Notes: generated from the sequence alone by a model not told the origin. A DNA stretch of 64,000 nucleotides from Minisyncoccota bacterium (GCA_036405175.1 DASWYC010000002.1:467714-531713), one strand, 5' to 3'. Shown: positions 19,322 to 30,286, counted from the stretch's first letter. Numbers and translations are program-made.

Positions 19322-21298
19322 TTATTTATTGAGTTCAGCACGAGTCTTTGGCCCAACGATTCCGTCAGCTACCAATCCGTGTTGTTTTTGCCATGCTTTT
19401 ACTGCAGCACGCGTAAGCGGTCCAAAGATACCGTCAATCTTTCCTTTATAAAGATCTCCGAGTACTTTTTGAAGTTCAATCACTTCATCTCCAATTGATC
19501 CATAGCGGAGTGTCATAGTGAAGCGATATGAGCTTGCTCCCAAAACTTCTCCACCTGTTGTTGAACCTGTTGAAGATGATGCGGTTGTTCCGGTTGAGCT
19601 TGATGAGGTTCCTGATGTTGAAGAACCAGTATCAATTGCTCCACCTCCCCCGCCAGAAACCACTGCTGGTCCAGACAATGTAGTCATTCCAGCATCCGTC
19701 CAATAAGGAGTAGTACTGATGCTTCCAACATTTCCTGAGAAATCAGGATTTGCTGATCCCCAGTAGTTGCTTTGAACGTTAAGATTGTTTCCACTGTCAT
19801 TCTTTACCTTTGGAGTATCAAATGAGTTATTGGTTACGGTTACCTGTGCTGCGTTAGCAGATGTTCCATCCGCAACAGCTCCAGTTGAGTGACATGAGTC
19901 AATACTCAAGAGGAATGTGTCGCCAGTAGCGCTGGTAATGTTTGAGATAGTATTGTTAGTGATAACTACACTTACTGGAACAGTAGTATTTGCACAGGTT
20001 GGCGTAACTTCAATACCACGTGCCCATCCTTGTGAACCAATAGTATCAATTTTGTTTCCAGAAATAATTGCATCATTAATAACTCCTTGAATCATAACTC
20101 CGTATGACCCCTTGGTATTTGCGTTAACAATTGAAGAGATTACGTTGTTTGAAATAGTAGTGTTATTAAGTGTTGCACTGTCGCTGTATACATGAACTCC
20201 TTTTACGCTTACGCCATTCCATGAGGGATTGGTGATTGCAAGTCCAGATACAGTTACATCACTTGAAGTAATAAGAATTGCTCCGGTTACGGTAGCTTCG
20301 GGAAGACGTGAAGCGGTTCCAGCAAGCCCTTGGTTTGGACCAACAAGTTTTACTGATTTTGCAATAGCAACATCTTCAGCATATGAGCCAGCTTTAACAT
20401 TGATAGCTCCTCCCGCAATTACTGCATTGTATCCAGCGTTAATTGTAAGGAATGGGTTTTGCTGAGTTCCCTGATCGTAGTTAGCATCGCCGGTTGCTCC
20501 CGCTTCAACATATACGTTAGAAAGCGTAGGAGTTGCGAATGCTTTGTTGATGATAAGTGCATTGTTGTTAGCAGCAGAAATTCCTGCAACATCGGTATAA
20601 TTGTTGGTTCCTGCAGGAATAAATGCAAAGTCAACCGTGTTTCCTGATCCAGTGTTTCCGGTGATAGTAATATTTGCATCAGCAACAATTACCCATCCTT
20701 TGGTTCCCGATACGGTGTTGTTTGAGATAGTTCCGGTTGAAGCATCAAAGTATCCAGGTTGGCGGAAGTTAGCAATGGTGTTTCCGTCAATAAGGAATCC
20801 GGTAACACCCGGACTCATTACCACAACGCGTGATACATCAGGATCACCAATAACATATTGTCCGGTGAATGAGTTATTTGAAATAGTTGCGTTGTTAGCC
20901 TGAACACCAATCATGTGCTGACCAGTTTTGTCAGTCTTAGTGAAGGTAAGATCTTGGATCGTTACCCCAGCTGCAGTAATAGTGAAGAGTTGATTTGAAC
21001 CAGAGGTTTCAATTGCTCCACCATTCATTCCTTTAATAGTGATTACCTTGGTGATAGTAGTACCGGCAGTGAGGTTCTCAGTAGTTCCATCAAAAATAAT
21101 TGTGTCACCATCTACTGCTACAGTGTATGCATCAGCGAAGGTGTCAAATGGATCTGCTTGTGTTCCTGTTCCAGGAGCAACTGCAGGGGTACCAACATAC
21201 AAGTCGGTTGCAGCAAAAGTAGTTTTTGCAGACGAAGCAACAACAATAAATGTTGCAATGAGTGCAAAACCAAATGCTTTGAAAAGTTTAGCTGTCAT
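19322..21298 (-). CDS. secreted right-handed beta-helix protein with C-terminal peptidoglycan-binding domain
   Basis: Signal peptide; two beta-helix blocks (GTQADPFDTFADA / GTQQNPFLTINAG, I.NN repeats); S/T/G linker; DGIFGPLTRAAVKAWQ..GLVADGIVGPKT. Confidence 0.8.
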   Translation of the reverse strand: MTAKLFKAFGFALIATFIVVASSAKTTFAATDLYVGTPAVAPGTGTQADPFDTFADAYTVAVDGDTIIFDGTTENLTAGTTITKVITIKGMNGGAIETSGSNQLFTITAAGVTIQDLTFTKTDKTGQHMIGVQANNATISNNSFTGQYVIGDPDVSRVVVMSPGVTGFLIDGNTIANFRQPGYFDASTGTISNNTVSGTKGWVIVADANITITGNTGSGNTVDFAFIPAGTNNYTDVAGISAANNNALIINKAFATPTLSNVYVEAGATGDANYDQGTQQNPFLTINAGYNAVIAGGAINVKAGSYAEDVAIAKSVKLVGPNQGLAGTASRLPEATVTGAILITSSDVTVSGLAITNPSWNGVSVKGVHVYSDSATLNNTTISNNVISSIVNANTKGSYGVMIQGVINDAIISGNKIDTIGSQGWARGIEVTPTCANTTVPVSVVITNNTISNITSATGDTFLLSIDSCHSTGAVADGTSANAAQVTVTNNSFDTPKVKNDSGNNLNVQSNYWGSANPDFSGNVGSISTTPYWTDAGMTTLSGPAVVSGGGGGAIDTGSSTSGTSSSSTGTTASSSTGSTTGGEVLGASSYRFTMTLRYGSIGDEVIELQKVLGDLYKGKIDGIFGPLTRAAVKAWQKQHGLVADGIVGPKTRAELNK

Positions 21299-21497
21299 AA
21301 ATTATAGATTTAGGATTAAAAGTACGGACTACAATAAATAACCGTATGCGGTAGATATACTATAATTTACCACCCAAGGCACCTTGCGGAGTCTCGTTTT
21401 TGTGTTGAATTATATTATTTTTACCAAGAAATATGGTTATTTATTTGTTAACTGAAAGGTAACCCGTCCAGACTATCATGGAAGAGATCAAGAAAAG

Positions 21498-22181
21498 CTA
21501 AAGACTCGGAGGTTTGATTTTTAGCTTGTCTATTCTAGATTCAATATCCATATTGGTCTGATCTCGCCACATTTCATATAAAGTCAAAATTCCATTATAC
21601 AACTTTTCATCATCAGTGATTATAATTCGCTGAACTAGTAGAGATATAGTATTTTCTTCGACAGCTCTAACAAAAGCATATTTGAGGCAACTTATTATAT
21701 TATTCTCCTCGAGTTTTAACTCAATAACACGCAAAGAAAACTCTTCCAAGACGTTTAGCAGATTTAACTGAAAAGTATTTATTTCTCTCTCAAGTAATTG
21801 TGACTGAGCCTTAGCATTTTCCCATTCTCTTGCAAAGATTTCATCCAACGATTCTCTTCTCTTGAATCTTATTAGCTTAAATTTATAATCAGGAAACTTT
21901 ACTGGCACCTCTTTGACTAATTTATTATATTCGCTTAATACATTTTCTCTGAAAAAAGAAAGTATCTTAAAAATGGAATCCTGTTTATCTTTTTTCTGTA
22001 AGTACTGAAATTGTAGAACTGCAGTAAAAAATGAAACGGCTGCAACTATTGTTGCAATTTTTTCCAACACATCCAAAAGATATATATCCAAGAAAAGCGC
22101 TGAAATAAAAAAGATTCCTGATGCAATAAGCAGTATTGGCTTCTTCACCCTAAAAGCTAGTGCTATTTCCATTACTCTCAA
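21498..22181 (-). CDS. AT-rich membrane protein downstream of tRNA-Asp
   Basis: Two N-terminal TMs and a helical C-terminus; ATG 22172 is an alternative start. Confidence 0.6.
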   Translation of the reverse strand: MRVMEIALAFRVKKPILLIASGIFFISALFLDIYLLDVLEKIATIVAAVSFFTAVLQFQYLQKKDKQDSIFKILSFFRENVLSEYNKLVKEVPVKFPDYKFKLIRFKRRESLDEIFAREWENAKAQSQLLEREINTFQLNLLNVLEEFSLRVIELKLEENNIISCLKYAFVRAVEENTISLLVQRIIITDDEKLYNGILTLYEMWRDQTNMDIESRIDKLKIKPPSL

Positions 22182-22254
22182 TAATAAGATGAGTTACCTG
22201 AATATTCAATTTCATAAAGAAAAACCCTCTATTTCTAGGAGTTTTTCTTTGCTG

Positions 22255-22328
22255 CGCGGTGAATGGGACTTGAACCCACGACCCCTCGCGTGACAGGCGA
22301 GTGCTCTAACCAGCTGAGCTACCACCGC
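22255..22328 (-). tRNA. tRNA-Asp(GUC)
   Basis: Acceptor GCGGTGG/TCACCGC, discriminator G, anticodon arm CTCGC-CT GTC AC-GCGAG. Terminator follows at ~22218-22249. Confidence 0.95.
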
Positions 22329-22501
22329 AGAATCTGTTTGATTTTCCGTAGTATTTTATTCCCTACAGATGGGAATACTATATCAAAAACTAGCTATTTT
22401 GACAACACGCTTTTATTTATTTGGCAAACAAAAAGCCAAGTTCTAATTTAATAGAATCTGGCTTTATTTAAAAAACATAATGTTGAATTGCCTATTCAGA
22501 C

Positions 22502-22696
22502 TTAAGGAATAGGGATGGGTTCTTTAAACTTAATATCTCCTTGCTCTGCTTTAATCGTGTAGGAATTCGACGAGTAACTTCCCTGTTTTTTAGAAGTATC
22601 CGGCTTGTTGGTAACTATTGCCGTATTCCTGCTCACAGAACAAGAACAAATGGCTATCAGCAACAAAAGAAGTATAGTGATTTTTATTTTCTTCAT
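22502..22696 (-). CDS. small orphan lipoprotein-like peptide
   Basis: MKKIKITILLLLLIAICSC lipobox-like signal; own TTGACT (22765-22760) and terminator (~22430-22464). Confidence 0.5.
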   Translation of the reverse strand: MKKIKITILLLLLIAICSCSVSRNTAIVTNKPDTSKKQGSYSSNSYTIKAEQGDIKFKEPIPIP

Positions 22697-22775
22697 CTAT
22701 TCTAATTTGGTTAAATTGCAATTTAATTTCTTAAGTATTAGATCAATTTATTACAGAAAAGTCAATCTTTGCAGG

Positions 22776-23450
22776 CTATTTGTTCACCACCTTCCCATCA
22801 GAAACCTTAATAATGCGATTTGCTCGCTTTCCGTACTCTTCTTCGTGTGTCACCATCACGATCGTTTGCCCATGTTTATGAAGCTCCTCAAAAAGTTCAA
22901 TAACCTGATTTCCAGAATATGAATCAAGGTTTGCGGTTGGTTCATCGGCAAATAAAATCTCCGGCTCACCGGCAATTGAACGTGCAATTGATACGCGCTG
23001 CTGTTCTCCTCCGGAAAGTTCACGCGGAAGATTATGTAATCTATGACCTAATCCAATTTTTTCCAAGACTTCTTGTGATTTAGTTTCTGCATGACTTGCA
23101 CTCATGCCACGCGCCAAAAATGGGACCATGCAATTTTCTATGGCGGTTAAGTCTGGCAACAATGCATAATCTTGAAATACATATCCCAAATTATTCAAAC
23201 GGAATTTAGTGCGCTCATATTCATCCAAATCATCAACGCGCTTACCAATTAAGTGAATCTCTCCGCTGGTTGGTCTATCCAAAAGCGACAATTGGTACAA
23301 AAGCGTAGACTTTCCTGCTCCAGAACGTCCCATAATTGCTACAAACTCTCCCTCTTTAATTTCAATATCCAACCCTTTAAGAACATGAGTTTCAAGTCCA
23401 TCTTTCTCATAGGTTTTTATGATATTTTTTGCTTCAATGATATTTTTCAT
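22776..23450 (-). CDS. ABC transporter ATP-binding protein (MacB/LolD-like)
   Basis: [26 protein letters not shown]. Confidence 0.95.
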   Translation of the reverse strand: MKNIIEAKNIIKTYEKDGLETHVLKGLDIEIKEGEFVAIMGRSGAGKSTLLYQLSLLDRPTSGEIHLIGKRVDDLDEYERTKFRLNNLGYVFQDYALLPDLTAIENCMVPFLARGMSASHAETKSQEVLEKIGLGHRLHNLPRELSGGEQQRVSIARSIAGEPEILFADEPTANLDSYSGNQVIELFEELHKHGQTIVMVTHEEEYGKRANRIIKVSDGKVVNK

Positions 23451-23451
23451 A

Positions 23452-24714
23452 TTACGATCTTCCTAAAATACTTTCTAGGGTTGGCTTGCGGGAAATCTTA
23501 CGAGCCGGAAGATATCCAGCCAAGGCGGTCAACATGATAATAAGGATTCCCTTAAATACCGTCTGCCCAAGCGGTGCTGACATAATCCCATCGCTAAACG
23601 GAAAGTTAAGCGGATGGGCGTTAAAGAATGGTACCAATAATCCGTAAATGATTCCAAATCCGAACACTACCCCAATGATTGAATACACCACCGCCTGAAA
23701 TACTGATGCAATTTCTACTGACGTATGATTTACTCCAACAGCCTTCAAAAATCCAATAAACTTTCTGCGTGCCACGGTGTTAATGTAGATGATAATAAAT
23801 ACAGTCACTGATGATACCAAGAGTCCAATGAATCCAATAATTGCACCCAACACCGAGAACGCCATTCTAATCTGCAACAAGAAATCCGGGATTGCTTCTG
23901 CTGCGGTTTTAATGTTAGCAAATTGATCAAATCCAAGTGCCATTAACTTTCCTTTAAGTTGATCGTCGGTAATTAAACTATCATGCTTGATGGCAATTTC
24001 ATTTCCACTCAAATCAGGGCGCGGTGCAAGATCAAAAAAATCCTGTTCATTCACAAATGCTCTGATTGAAACTTCTGCAACTTTTGTTTTTATAATTCCT
24101 TTTACGGTAAATTCTTTTTGCGCACCATTCACTTCAATACGCACACGGTCGCCAGGATACACATCACCCAAAGAATCAAAGTCTTCTCCAAATCCTGATG
24201 AGTAACGGCCAAATAAATTAGCTCCCAACAATACATATCCGCGATCCTGCGGTGTAAGCATTTCTCCTTCAACAATAAATCGTGAAAGCCCTGACACACG
24301 CTCTTCATCCATCACATTAATCCCCGTGAGTTGTGTTCCGGCATTGTCTTCTTTAGCTTCAAAATCCCGACGCGACACATAATTCCCCACCACATTTGCC
24401 ATGGTAATATATCGCTGTGTTGAGGCGGTCACGCCCGGAATAGTATCAACCGACTTTTTAATAGTTTGCCCATTTTCAATTGCATTTTTACCCGGGAAAT
24501 TTTTAATAATCACCCCTCCGGTAAACTGATCCTTGTTGGCAATATTTCCTCCCTCAATAAGTCCCACCAAAATTCCTGAAATTCCAACTAATGACAAAAA
24601 CGTAAGTGTCATGATAACAATCATTAAAACAGTGGTGCTTTTTGGTGCACGTAATAGCTGACGTTTGCCTAAAAAGAATCCTACGCGCAATGTCTCTTTT
24701 CCAATGAGCGCCAT
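23452..24714 (-). CDS. ABC permease, FtsX/MacB family
   Basis: 1+3 TM layout, RRKFIGFLKAVG, GYLPARKISR. Confidence 0.85.
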   Translation of the reverse strand: MALIGKETLRVGFFLGKRQLLRAPKSTTVLMIVIMTLTFLSLVGISGILVGLIEGGNIANKDQFTGGVIIKNFPGKNAIENGQTIKKSVDTIPGVTASTQRYITMANVVGNYVSRRDFEAKEDNAGTQLTGINVMDEERVSGLSRFIVEGEMLTPQDRGYVLLGANLFGRYSSGFGEDFDSLGDVYPGDRVRIEVNGAQKEFTVKGIIKTKVAEVSIRAFVNEQDFFDLAPRPDLSGNEIAIKHDSLITDDQLKGKLMALGFDQFANIKTAAEAIPDFLLQIRMAFSVLGAIIGFIGLLVSSVTVFIIIYINTVARRKFIGFLKAVGVNHTSVEIASVFQAVVYSIIGVVFGFGIIYGLLVPFFNAHPLNFPFSDGIMSAPLGQTVFKGILIIMLTALAGYLPARKISRKPTLESILGRS

Positions 24715-24715
24715 A

Positions 24716-26302
24716 CTAGTTTTCTGCCTCTGGAATTCCAATTACGTCACCCGCTTGAATACCGGTGCGGATTTCAACATACCCATCATCAGAAACACGT
24801 CCGATAGTTACGTCAGATGCTTCTACCTCTTCGCCTTTTATTTTGTATACATGATTAGTATTTTTCTTAGCGTCATAAATTACCGCGTCTTTTTTAACTG
24901 CCAATACATCCGGAATTGAAACGGGAATATATACCGATGCGGTAAGTCCTGGACGAAGTGTCATACCTTCAATTGGCTGAAGTTGTGCCGTTACCTGATA
25001 CACACGCGTTCCATCAATTACGGAATCAGCCAATTCAACGTGAGAAATGGTTCCCTTATATGCAGTTCCCGGCAAAGCATCATATCTAATTTCAACCTCC
25101 TGCCCTTCTTTAATAAAGAAGATGTCAGTTTCTGGAACTTGGATTTTTACTACATACACATCATTAGAAACAAGACGGAGTCCGCTTTCGGTTGATGATG
25201 CAAACTCACCAAGTTTATAGTTGAGGCTTGCAATCACCCCATCAAACGGTGCGCGCATGATTGATGATGAAATTTGTGAGATTACCTGAGAGAGTCCACT
25301 CTGTGACATTTGAAGTGATGCGCGAGAAATTGCAACATCTTCTGCACGAGCTCCACTTACTACACTTTTATTCTTAAGATCTTCAGTAGTTGCTCTCAGG
25401 CGTGCTTCTGCAACAGCAATATCTTTATCTTTTACGAGCTGATTATATGCAGCAAGATTACGTGAGTATGATGTTCCCTTTTTGTTTGGCACTTCAACAA
25501 TCCATTTAGTATTTCCATAATTATCGCCCTTAGTAAATGTTATATAGATTCCTCGTGTTCCAACTTTTACTGGCACCCCAAATGCAATTTCTGATGCACC
25601 GTTTTCCAACCCTGAGTATTCAAGAGAAATTCCTGATCCTGCAGTTGAAGGATATACGATCAATACATACCGTCCCTCTACTGAAGACAAATACGTTCCA
25701 CTCACTTTTGGAGGTGTTTGACTGAATGAAAGATTCTCGGGTGTTGCATCAAGATCTGATGAATAGAGTGTGGTTCGAGCGTCAGCAATCAAGCTGTCAT
25801 ACTTTGCAATAGTTTGCTCAACATTAAGTGCGGCGGTTGCACTTGCCTGGCCTTGGATGGCTCTATCTTCAGCACGATCACCACTTACTACTTTTTGATA
25901 TTGTGCTTGAGAAGATGATACTTCTGCCGCAGAACGCGCCCGCGATGCTTCAAGTTCACTGGTATCAAGTGACACCAATATTTGCCCCTTCTTAACAAAA
26001 TCTCCTTCTTTAACATTCACCGACTTTACCAATCCTGAGCGACTAAATGCCAACTGAGAATCGTTCTCTGCTTCTACGCGTCCCAAGAATCTAAGGTTCT
26101 GAACAATAGTTCGCTGTTGTACCGGCTCTTTGGCTACAAAATATGGATTTTTACTGCCCCCACCGATAGCAAGAATGAGTGCAATTACTACACAAACAAC
26201 CGAAGCAGCAATTACCCCAACTTTATTACGAGCAAAAAACCCTTTTACAGCGCCTTTTTTGATGTGCGGAATTTTTAGATTATTTTTCATGTTGGTTTTC
26301 AT
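24716..26302 (-). CDS. MacA/HlyD-type membrane-fusion adaptor
   Basis: SGLVKSVNVKEGDFVKKGQIL, RAPFDGVI, LRPGLTA, GIQAGDVI. Confidence 0.85.
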   Translation of the reverse strand: MKTNMKNNLKIPHIKKGAVKGFFARNKVGVIAASVVCVVIALILAIGGGSKNPYFVAKEPVQQRTIVQNLRFLGRVEAENDSQLAFSRSGLVKSVNVKEGDFVKKGQILVSLDTSELEASRARSAAEVSSSQAQYQKVVSGDRAEDRAIQGQASATAALNVEQTIAKYDSLIADARTTLYSSDLDATPENLSFSQTPPKVSGTYLSSVEGRYVLIVYPSTAGSGISLEYSGLENGASEIAFGVPVKVGTRGIYITFTKGDNYGNTKWIVEVPNKKGTSYSRNLAAYNQLVKDKDIAVAEARLRATTEDLKNKSVVSGARAEDVAISRASLQMSQSGLSQVISQISSSIMRAPFDGVIASLNYKLGEFASSTESGLRLVSNDVYVVKIQVPETDIFFIKEGQEVEIRYDALPGTAYKGTISHVELADSVIDGTRVYQVTAQLQPIEGMTLRPGLTASVYIPVSIPDVLAVKKDAVIYDAKKNTNHVYKIKGEEVEASDVTIGRVSDDGYVEIRTGIQAGDVIGIPEAEN

Positions 26303-27170
26303 AATACTTGGTTAAGACATTTTTATCAATACACACCAAATCAGTCGCTTCTTCTTTAAGACGCTTGGCAATTTCTGGCGGAATACCAAAATCTTGTGAA
26401 AGCTTTCGCTCTTCAATCATGCTCAAATCTTTAGCCAAAATGATATTATGTGATACTAGTTTTTCAAGCTCAAACATTGAAAGTGATGGCAAGACCGTTA
26501 CCGGATACATGCATTCTTCAACGATCATTTCTTCAAGCCCTGCCCCATCTGGATAACTCCATCCAATTAAACGCACACCAGAATATTCAGAATACTTGAC
26601 GGCATGCGTGGTGAACTTTGTATTCGTTACGAGCCACATTTCATACTGCACTCCAGGCTTAATGAGTCCCTTCTTCTCCATTTCTTTAAAAATATCTTCA
26701 CGACGAGCATGTGCATACATAGCTACATCAAGATGTGTTTTGTATCCGTATTCTTTATGAAACTTTGCTTCAACAAACACAATTAAATTATTATGCTCAG
26801 CAACAATGTCGATCTCATGTTCAATACCAGAAACACCGCGTACTAATTGATTGGTCTTTGTTTCAAATCCGTATGATCGAAGGATTGCCGCAACATATTG
26901 TTCAAACGGGAATCCCGTTGGGCCAAGTGCCGACACCGCACGACGCAAACTATAGCGAGCGGACGCTGCAAGCTTATGTTCGCTTAAAAGAGAAAGTGTT
27001 GTACGCCAGATTTTTTTAGTAGTAGTTTCAACATCAAGCCGTTCAATTGCACGCACCAGGATTTCCTGTGCTGCTTCCTCGGGCACCCCAGAATCAATCA
27101 AAGATTTTTCAAGCTTCTTTGCATCAAAATTCTCAACTGTTCCATCAGACTTAATGACTGTTTTCACCAT
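26280..27170 (-). CDS. ATP-cone + PD-(D/E)XK (Mrr-like) restriction endonuclease domain protein
   Basis: VIKSDGTVENFDAKKL (ATP cone); GFPFEQYV, HEIDIVA..FVEAKFH, LVTNTKFT. Confidence 0.8.
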   Translation of the reverse strand: MVKTVIKSDGTVENFDAKKLEKSLIDSGVPEEAAQEILVRAIERLDVETTTKKIWRTTLSLLSEHKLAASARYSLRRAVSALGPTGFPFEQYVAAILRSYGFETKTNQLVRGVSGIEHEIDIVAEHNNLIVFVEAKFHKEYGYKTHLDVAMYAHARREDIFKEMEKKGLIKPGVQYEMWLVTNTKFTTHAVKYSEYSGVRLIGWSYPDGAGLEEMIVEECMYPVTVLPSLSMFELEKLVSHNIILAKDLSMIEERKLSQDFGIPPEIAKRLKEEATDLVCIDKNVLTKYYENQHEK

Positions 27171-27225
27171 ACGTTACTGGATAATTGTACCATACGCCGC
27201 TCCTTTGTGCGGTATAATTATAAGT

Positions 27226-27903
27226 ATGAATTCACCGGAAAATATGCTCATGGGCGAACTCTTGGCAGCTCACAACAACATCCTTCACCCAGAACATAAC
27301 TATTATCTTGATCTCATTACGCGTGAACTAAGCTTTAGCGGTGAGCTATTGAGCCGCTATCCTTCTACTATTTCTGCTTTTGGTTCTGCGCGCACGGCGT
27401 TTGATGCCGAGCACTATGCGCAAGCAGAAGCATTAGGAGCAGTTGTAGCTAAGCATGGATATACAGCGCTTACCGGTGGTGGTCCGGGGATTATGGAGGC
27501 ATTTTCAAAAGGTGCGTACACTAACAATGGAACTACCATTGGGTTTTCAATCAAACTTCCTAATGAACAAGCATCAAATGATTACCTTACCCACAATATT
27601 ACGTTCAATTATTTCTTCACCCGTAAATATGCATTGATTGCGCATTCACATTTGCTTTTGTATTTCCCTGGCGGCTATGGAACACTTGATGAAATGTTTG
27701 AAGCATTTACTTTGATTCAAACGCGCAAGTTTGATCATAAGGAAGTGGTATTAGTGAACCGTGCATTTTGGGAACCACTCGTGACATTTATTAATGATCG
27801 ACTCAAAGGACAAGATGCGTACATTTCACCTTTTGATGATGAATTCTTCCGCATCATTGATACCCCAGAAGAACTTGAGGCTATTTTAGAACTCTACCGA
27901 TAA
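27226..27903 (+). CDS. LOG-family (TIGR00730) nucleotide phosphoribohydrolase
   Basis: FGSAR, TGGGPGIMEA, YFFTRK, PGGYGTLDE. Confidence 0.9.
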   Translation: MNSPENMLMGELLAAHNNILHPEHNYYLDLITRELSFSGELLSRYPSTISAFGSARTAFDAEHYAQAEALGAVVAKHGYTALTGGGPGIMEAFSKGAYTNNGTTIGFSIKLPNEQASNDYLTHNITFNYFFTRKYALIAHSHLLLYFPGGYGTLDEMFEAFTLIQTRKFDHKEVVLVNRAFWEPLVTFINDRLKGQDAYISPFDDEFFRIIDTPEELEAILELYR

Positions 27904-27937
27904 ATTAAAACCTCTCAATTGAGAGGTTTTAATTTAT
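27902..27937. terminator. bidirectional terminator
   Basis: AAATTAAAACCTCTC-AATT-GAGAGGTTTTAATTT. Confidence 0.75.
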
Positions 27938-30286
27938 TTACGAAATTCTAGCAGTAGTAACCGTAGGTTGCTGTTCTTTGATTGCCTTAGTATCAAGATT
28001 TCCAAGAATCTCTGCAATCTGACCATACCACGCATTTTCCAATTCTTTAAAGAGACGGATACTTTCTTTCTTGTATTCAACTACCGGCTCACGTTGTCCG
28101 TATGAACGGAGTCCTGCTGACTGCTTTGACTGTTCAAGCAAATCAAGATGTTCTGACCACAATCGATCAAGTGCAAACAATGCAACGCGTCCAATAATAT
28201 CTTTGTATTGGGTTTCATCTAATTCTGAACGTTTAGCATCAATAGCTTCTCCAGCATCTGGATAACGTGATTTAGTTTCTTCAACAATTTCATTCAAGAT
28301 AGCCTCATCGCGAGACAAAATTCCATCACGGCGCTTGTAGATAAGGGTACGGTGATATGAGGCAACATCATCGTACTCAAGAATATGCTTACGAGAATCA
28401 AAGTGGAATCCTTCAACTCTATCTTGTGCATCTTCAAGACGACTGCTCAAAAATCCAAGACTTACTGGCTCAGTACTATCTGCAACACCCAAACTCTTGG
28501 CAAGTTCTTTTACTTTATCTCCACCGAAGATACGCATAAGATCATCATCCAACGAAACATAGAACTGAGTTTTTCCAGGATCTCCCTGACGCCCCGTACG
28601 TCCACGGAGCTGGTTATCAATACGGCGTGCTTCATGACGTTCGGTTCCAAGAACAAACAAGCCACCAAGTGCACGGATCTCATCCGCCTCTTCTTGTGTT
28701 GCTTGTGGTCCACCCAACTTAATATCAACTCCACGTCCTGCCATATTAGTTGCAATGGTTACCGATCCTCTCTTTCCTGCTTCTGCAATTACCAATCCTT
28801 CTGCTTCATGATTTTTTGCGTTCAATACCGTATGACGAACACCGGCACGGGTAAGATATTGTGAAAGCAATTCGTTCTTTTCAATTGCAACGGTACCAAT
28901 CAAAATTGGCTGACCAGTCTTGTGGATCTCTTTAATATGTTCAACGATTGCATTGTATTTTGCTTTGATATCGATAAAGATGAGGTCAGACAAATCAACA
29001 CGAGCAATTGGGCGATGTGTTGGGATTGGAACAACATCCAAGTTATACACGCGCGCAAATTCTTCTTTTGAAGTCATTGCGGTTCCGGTCATTCCTGCCA
29101 ACTTTTTATAAAGCTTAAAGTAGTTCTGATAGGTAATAGACGCAAGCGTACGTGATTCTGACTGAATCTCTACACCTTCTTTGGCTTCAATAGACTGATG
29201 AAGACCGTCACTCCAGCGGCGTCCTTCCTGAAGGCGTCCAGTAAATGGATCAACGATCATTACTTCACCATTACGTACTACGTAATCAATATCATTTTTA
29301 TATAAATGACGAGCTTTGATTGCAGTCTCAACATGATGTACATACTTCATGTTTTCTGCAGTGTACAGATTATCAAGCCCAAGCTCTTTTTCAATCTTTG
29401 CAATACCCTGCTTAGTTACCTGAATAGCTTTAAGTTTTTCATCAAGCTTAAAATCATCTTCTGGGGAAAGGATTGATGCAATTCGTGATGCAACTTTATA
29501 AAGCTCTGCAGCATCATCAGCTTGTCCAGAGAGAATCAACGGAACGCGTGCTTCATCGATCAAAATTGAGTCCGCCTCATCGACGAGTGCAAATGCATGA
29601 ACACGCTGCACTTTATCTTCAATACGAATTACGGTGTTATCGCGGAGATAATCAAATCCATATTCATGGTTGGTTCCGTAGGTAATATCACATGCGTATG
29701 CTTCTTTGCGCGTACATGGTTTCAAAAACTCTTCGTATACTTTGTAGTATCCTGCGGTATCAGCTTCGTTATCGAGCTGTTTTGCAGAAGGATCATACAT
29801 ATATGAAACCTGATTTGAGTTAATAATTCCCACACTCAATCCCAATGCGTTGTATACCTGTCCCATTTGTTCCCCATCGCGTTTTGCAAGATAGTCGTTT
29901 ACCGTTACCACGTGTGCCCCCTGCCCTTGCAATGCTGCAAGATATACCGGAATCGTTGCAACCAATGTCTTTCCTTCTCCTGTTCTCATCTCGGCAATCA
30001 TTCCCTTAAAGAGTACGATTCCTCCGATTACCTGCACATCAAAATGACGCATGTTAAGCGTACGCTTTGCAGCTTCACGCACTACGGCAATTGCTTCTGG
30101 CATGAGTTTGTCAAAATCCTCACCCCTTGAAAGGCGATCTTTGAATTCTGTAGTTTTTGATTTAAGCTCCTCATCGGTAAGCTTTTGGATGCTTTCTTCA
30201 AAATTATTCACCAATGTTACGATTGGTCTGATTTTTGCAAGAATGCGTTCGTGTTCAGGTTTAAAAAGCGAGGTCAAAAAGTTCAT
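27938..30286 (-). CDS. secA: preprotein translocase SecA
   Basis: MRTGEGKT, VDEADSILIDEAR, TNMAGRG, QLRGRTGRQGDPG; no C-terminal SEC-C zinc motif. Confidence 0.97.
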   Translation of the reverse strand: MNFLTSLFKPEHERILAKIRPIVTLVNNFEESIQKLTDEELKSKTTEFKDRLSRGEDFDKLMPEAIAVVREAAKRTLNMRHFDVQVIGGIVLFKGMIAEMRTGEGKTLVATIPVYLAALQGQGAHVVTVNDYLAKRDGEQMGQVYNALGLSVGIINSNQVSYMYDPSAKQLDNEADTAGYYKVYEEFLKPCTRKEAYACDITYGTNHEYGFDYLRDNTVIRIEDKVQRVHAFALVDEADSILIDEARVPLILSGQADDAAELYKVASRIASILSPEDDFKLDEKLKAIQVTKQGIAKIEKELGLDNLYTAENMKYVHHVETAIKARHLYKNDIDYVVRNGEVMIVDPFTGRLQEGRRWSDGLHQSIEAKEGVEIQSESRTLASITYQNYFKLYKKLAGMTGTAMTSKEEFARVYNLDVVPIPTHRPIARVDLSDLIFIDIKAKYNAIVEHIKEIHKTGQPILIGTVAIEKNELLSQYLTRAGVRHTVLNAKNHEAEGLVIAEAGKRGSVTIATNMAGRGVDIKLGGPQATQEEADEIRALGGLFVLGTERHEARRIDNQLRGRTGRQGDPGKTQFYVSLDDDLMRIFGGDKVKELAKSLGVADSTEPVSLGFLSSRLEDAQDRVEGFHFDSRKHILEYDDVASYHRTLIYKRRDGILSRDEAILNEIVEETKSRYPDAGEAIDAKRSELDETQYKDIIGRVALFALDRLWSEHLDLLEQSKQSAGLRSYGQREPVVEYKKESIRLFKELENAWYGQIAEILGNLDTKAIKEQQPTVTTARIS

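Noticed and set aside
21498-22255. Integrated element at tRNA-Asp
   Set aside because: AT-rich gene beside the tRNA 3' end, but no duplicated tRNA 3' fragment (att site) or integrase was found.
22263-22451. 62-aa ORF MGLEPTT...
   Set aside because: Typical translation of a tRNA antisense strand.
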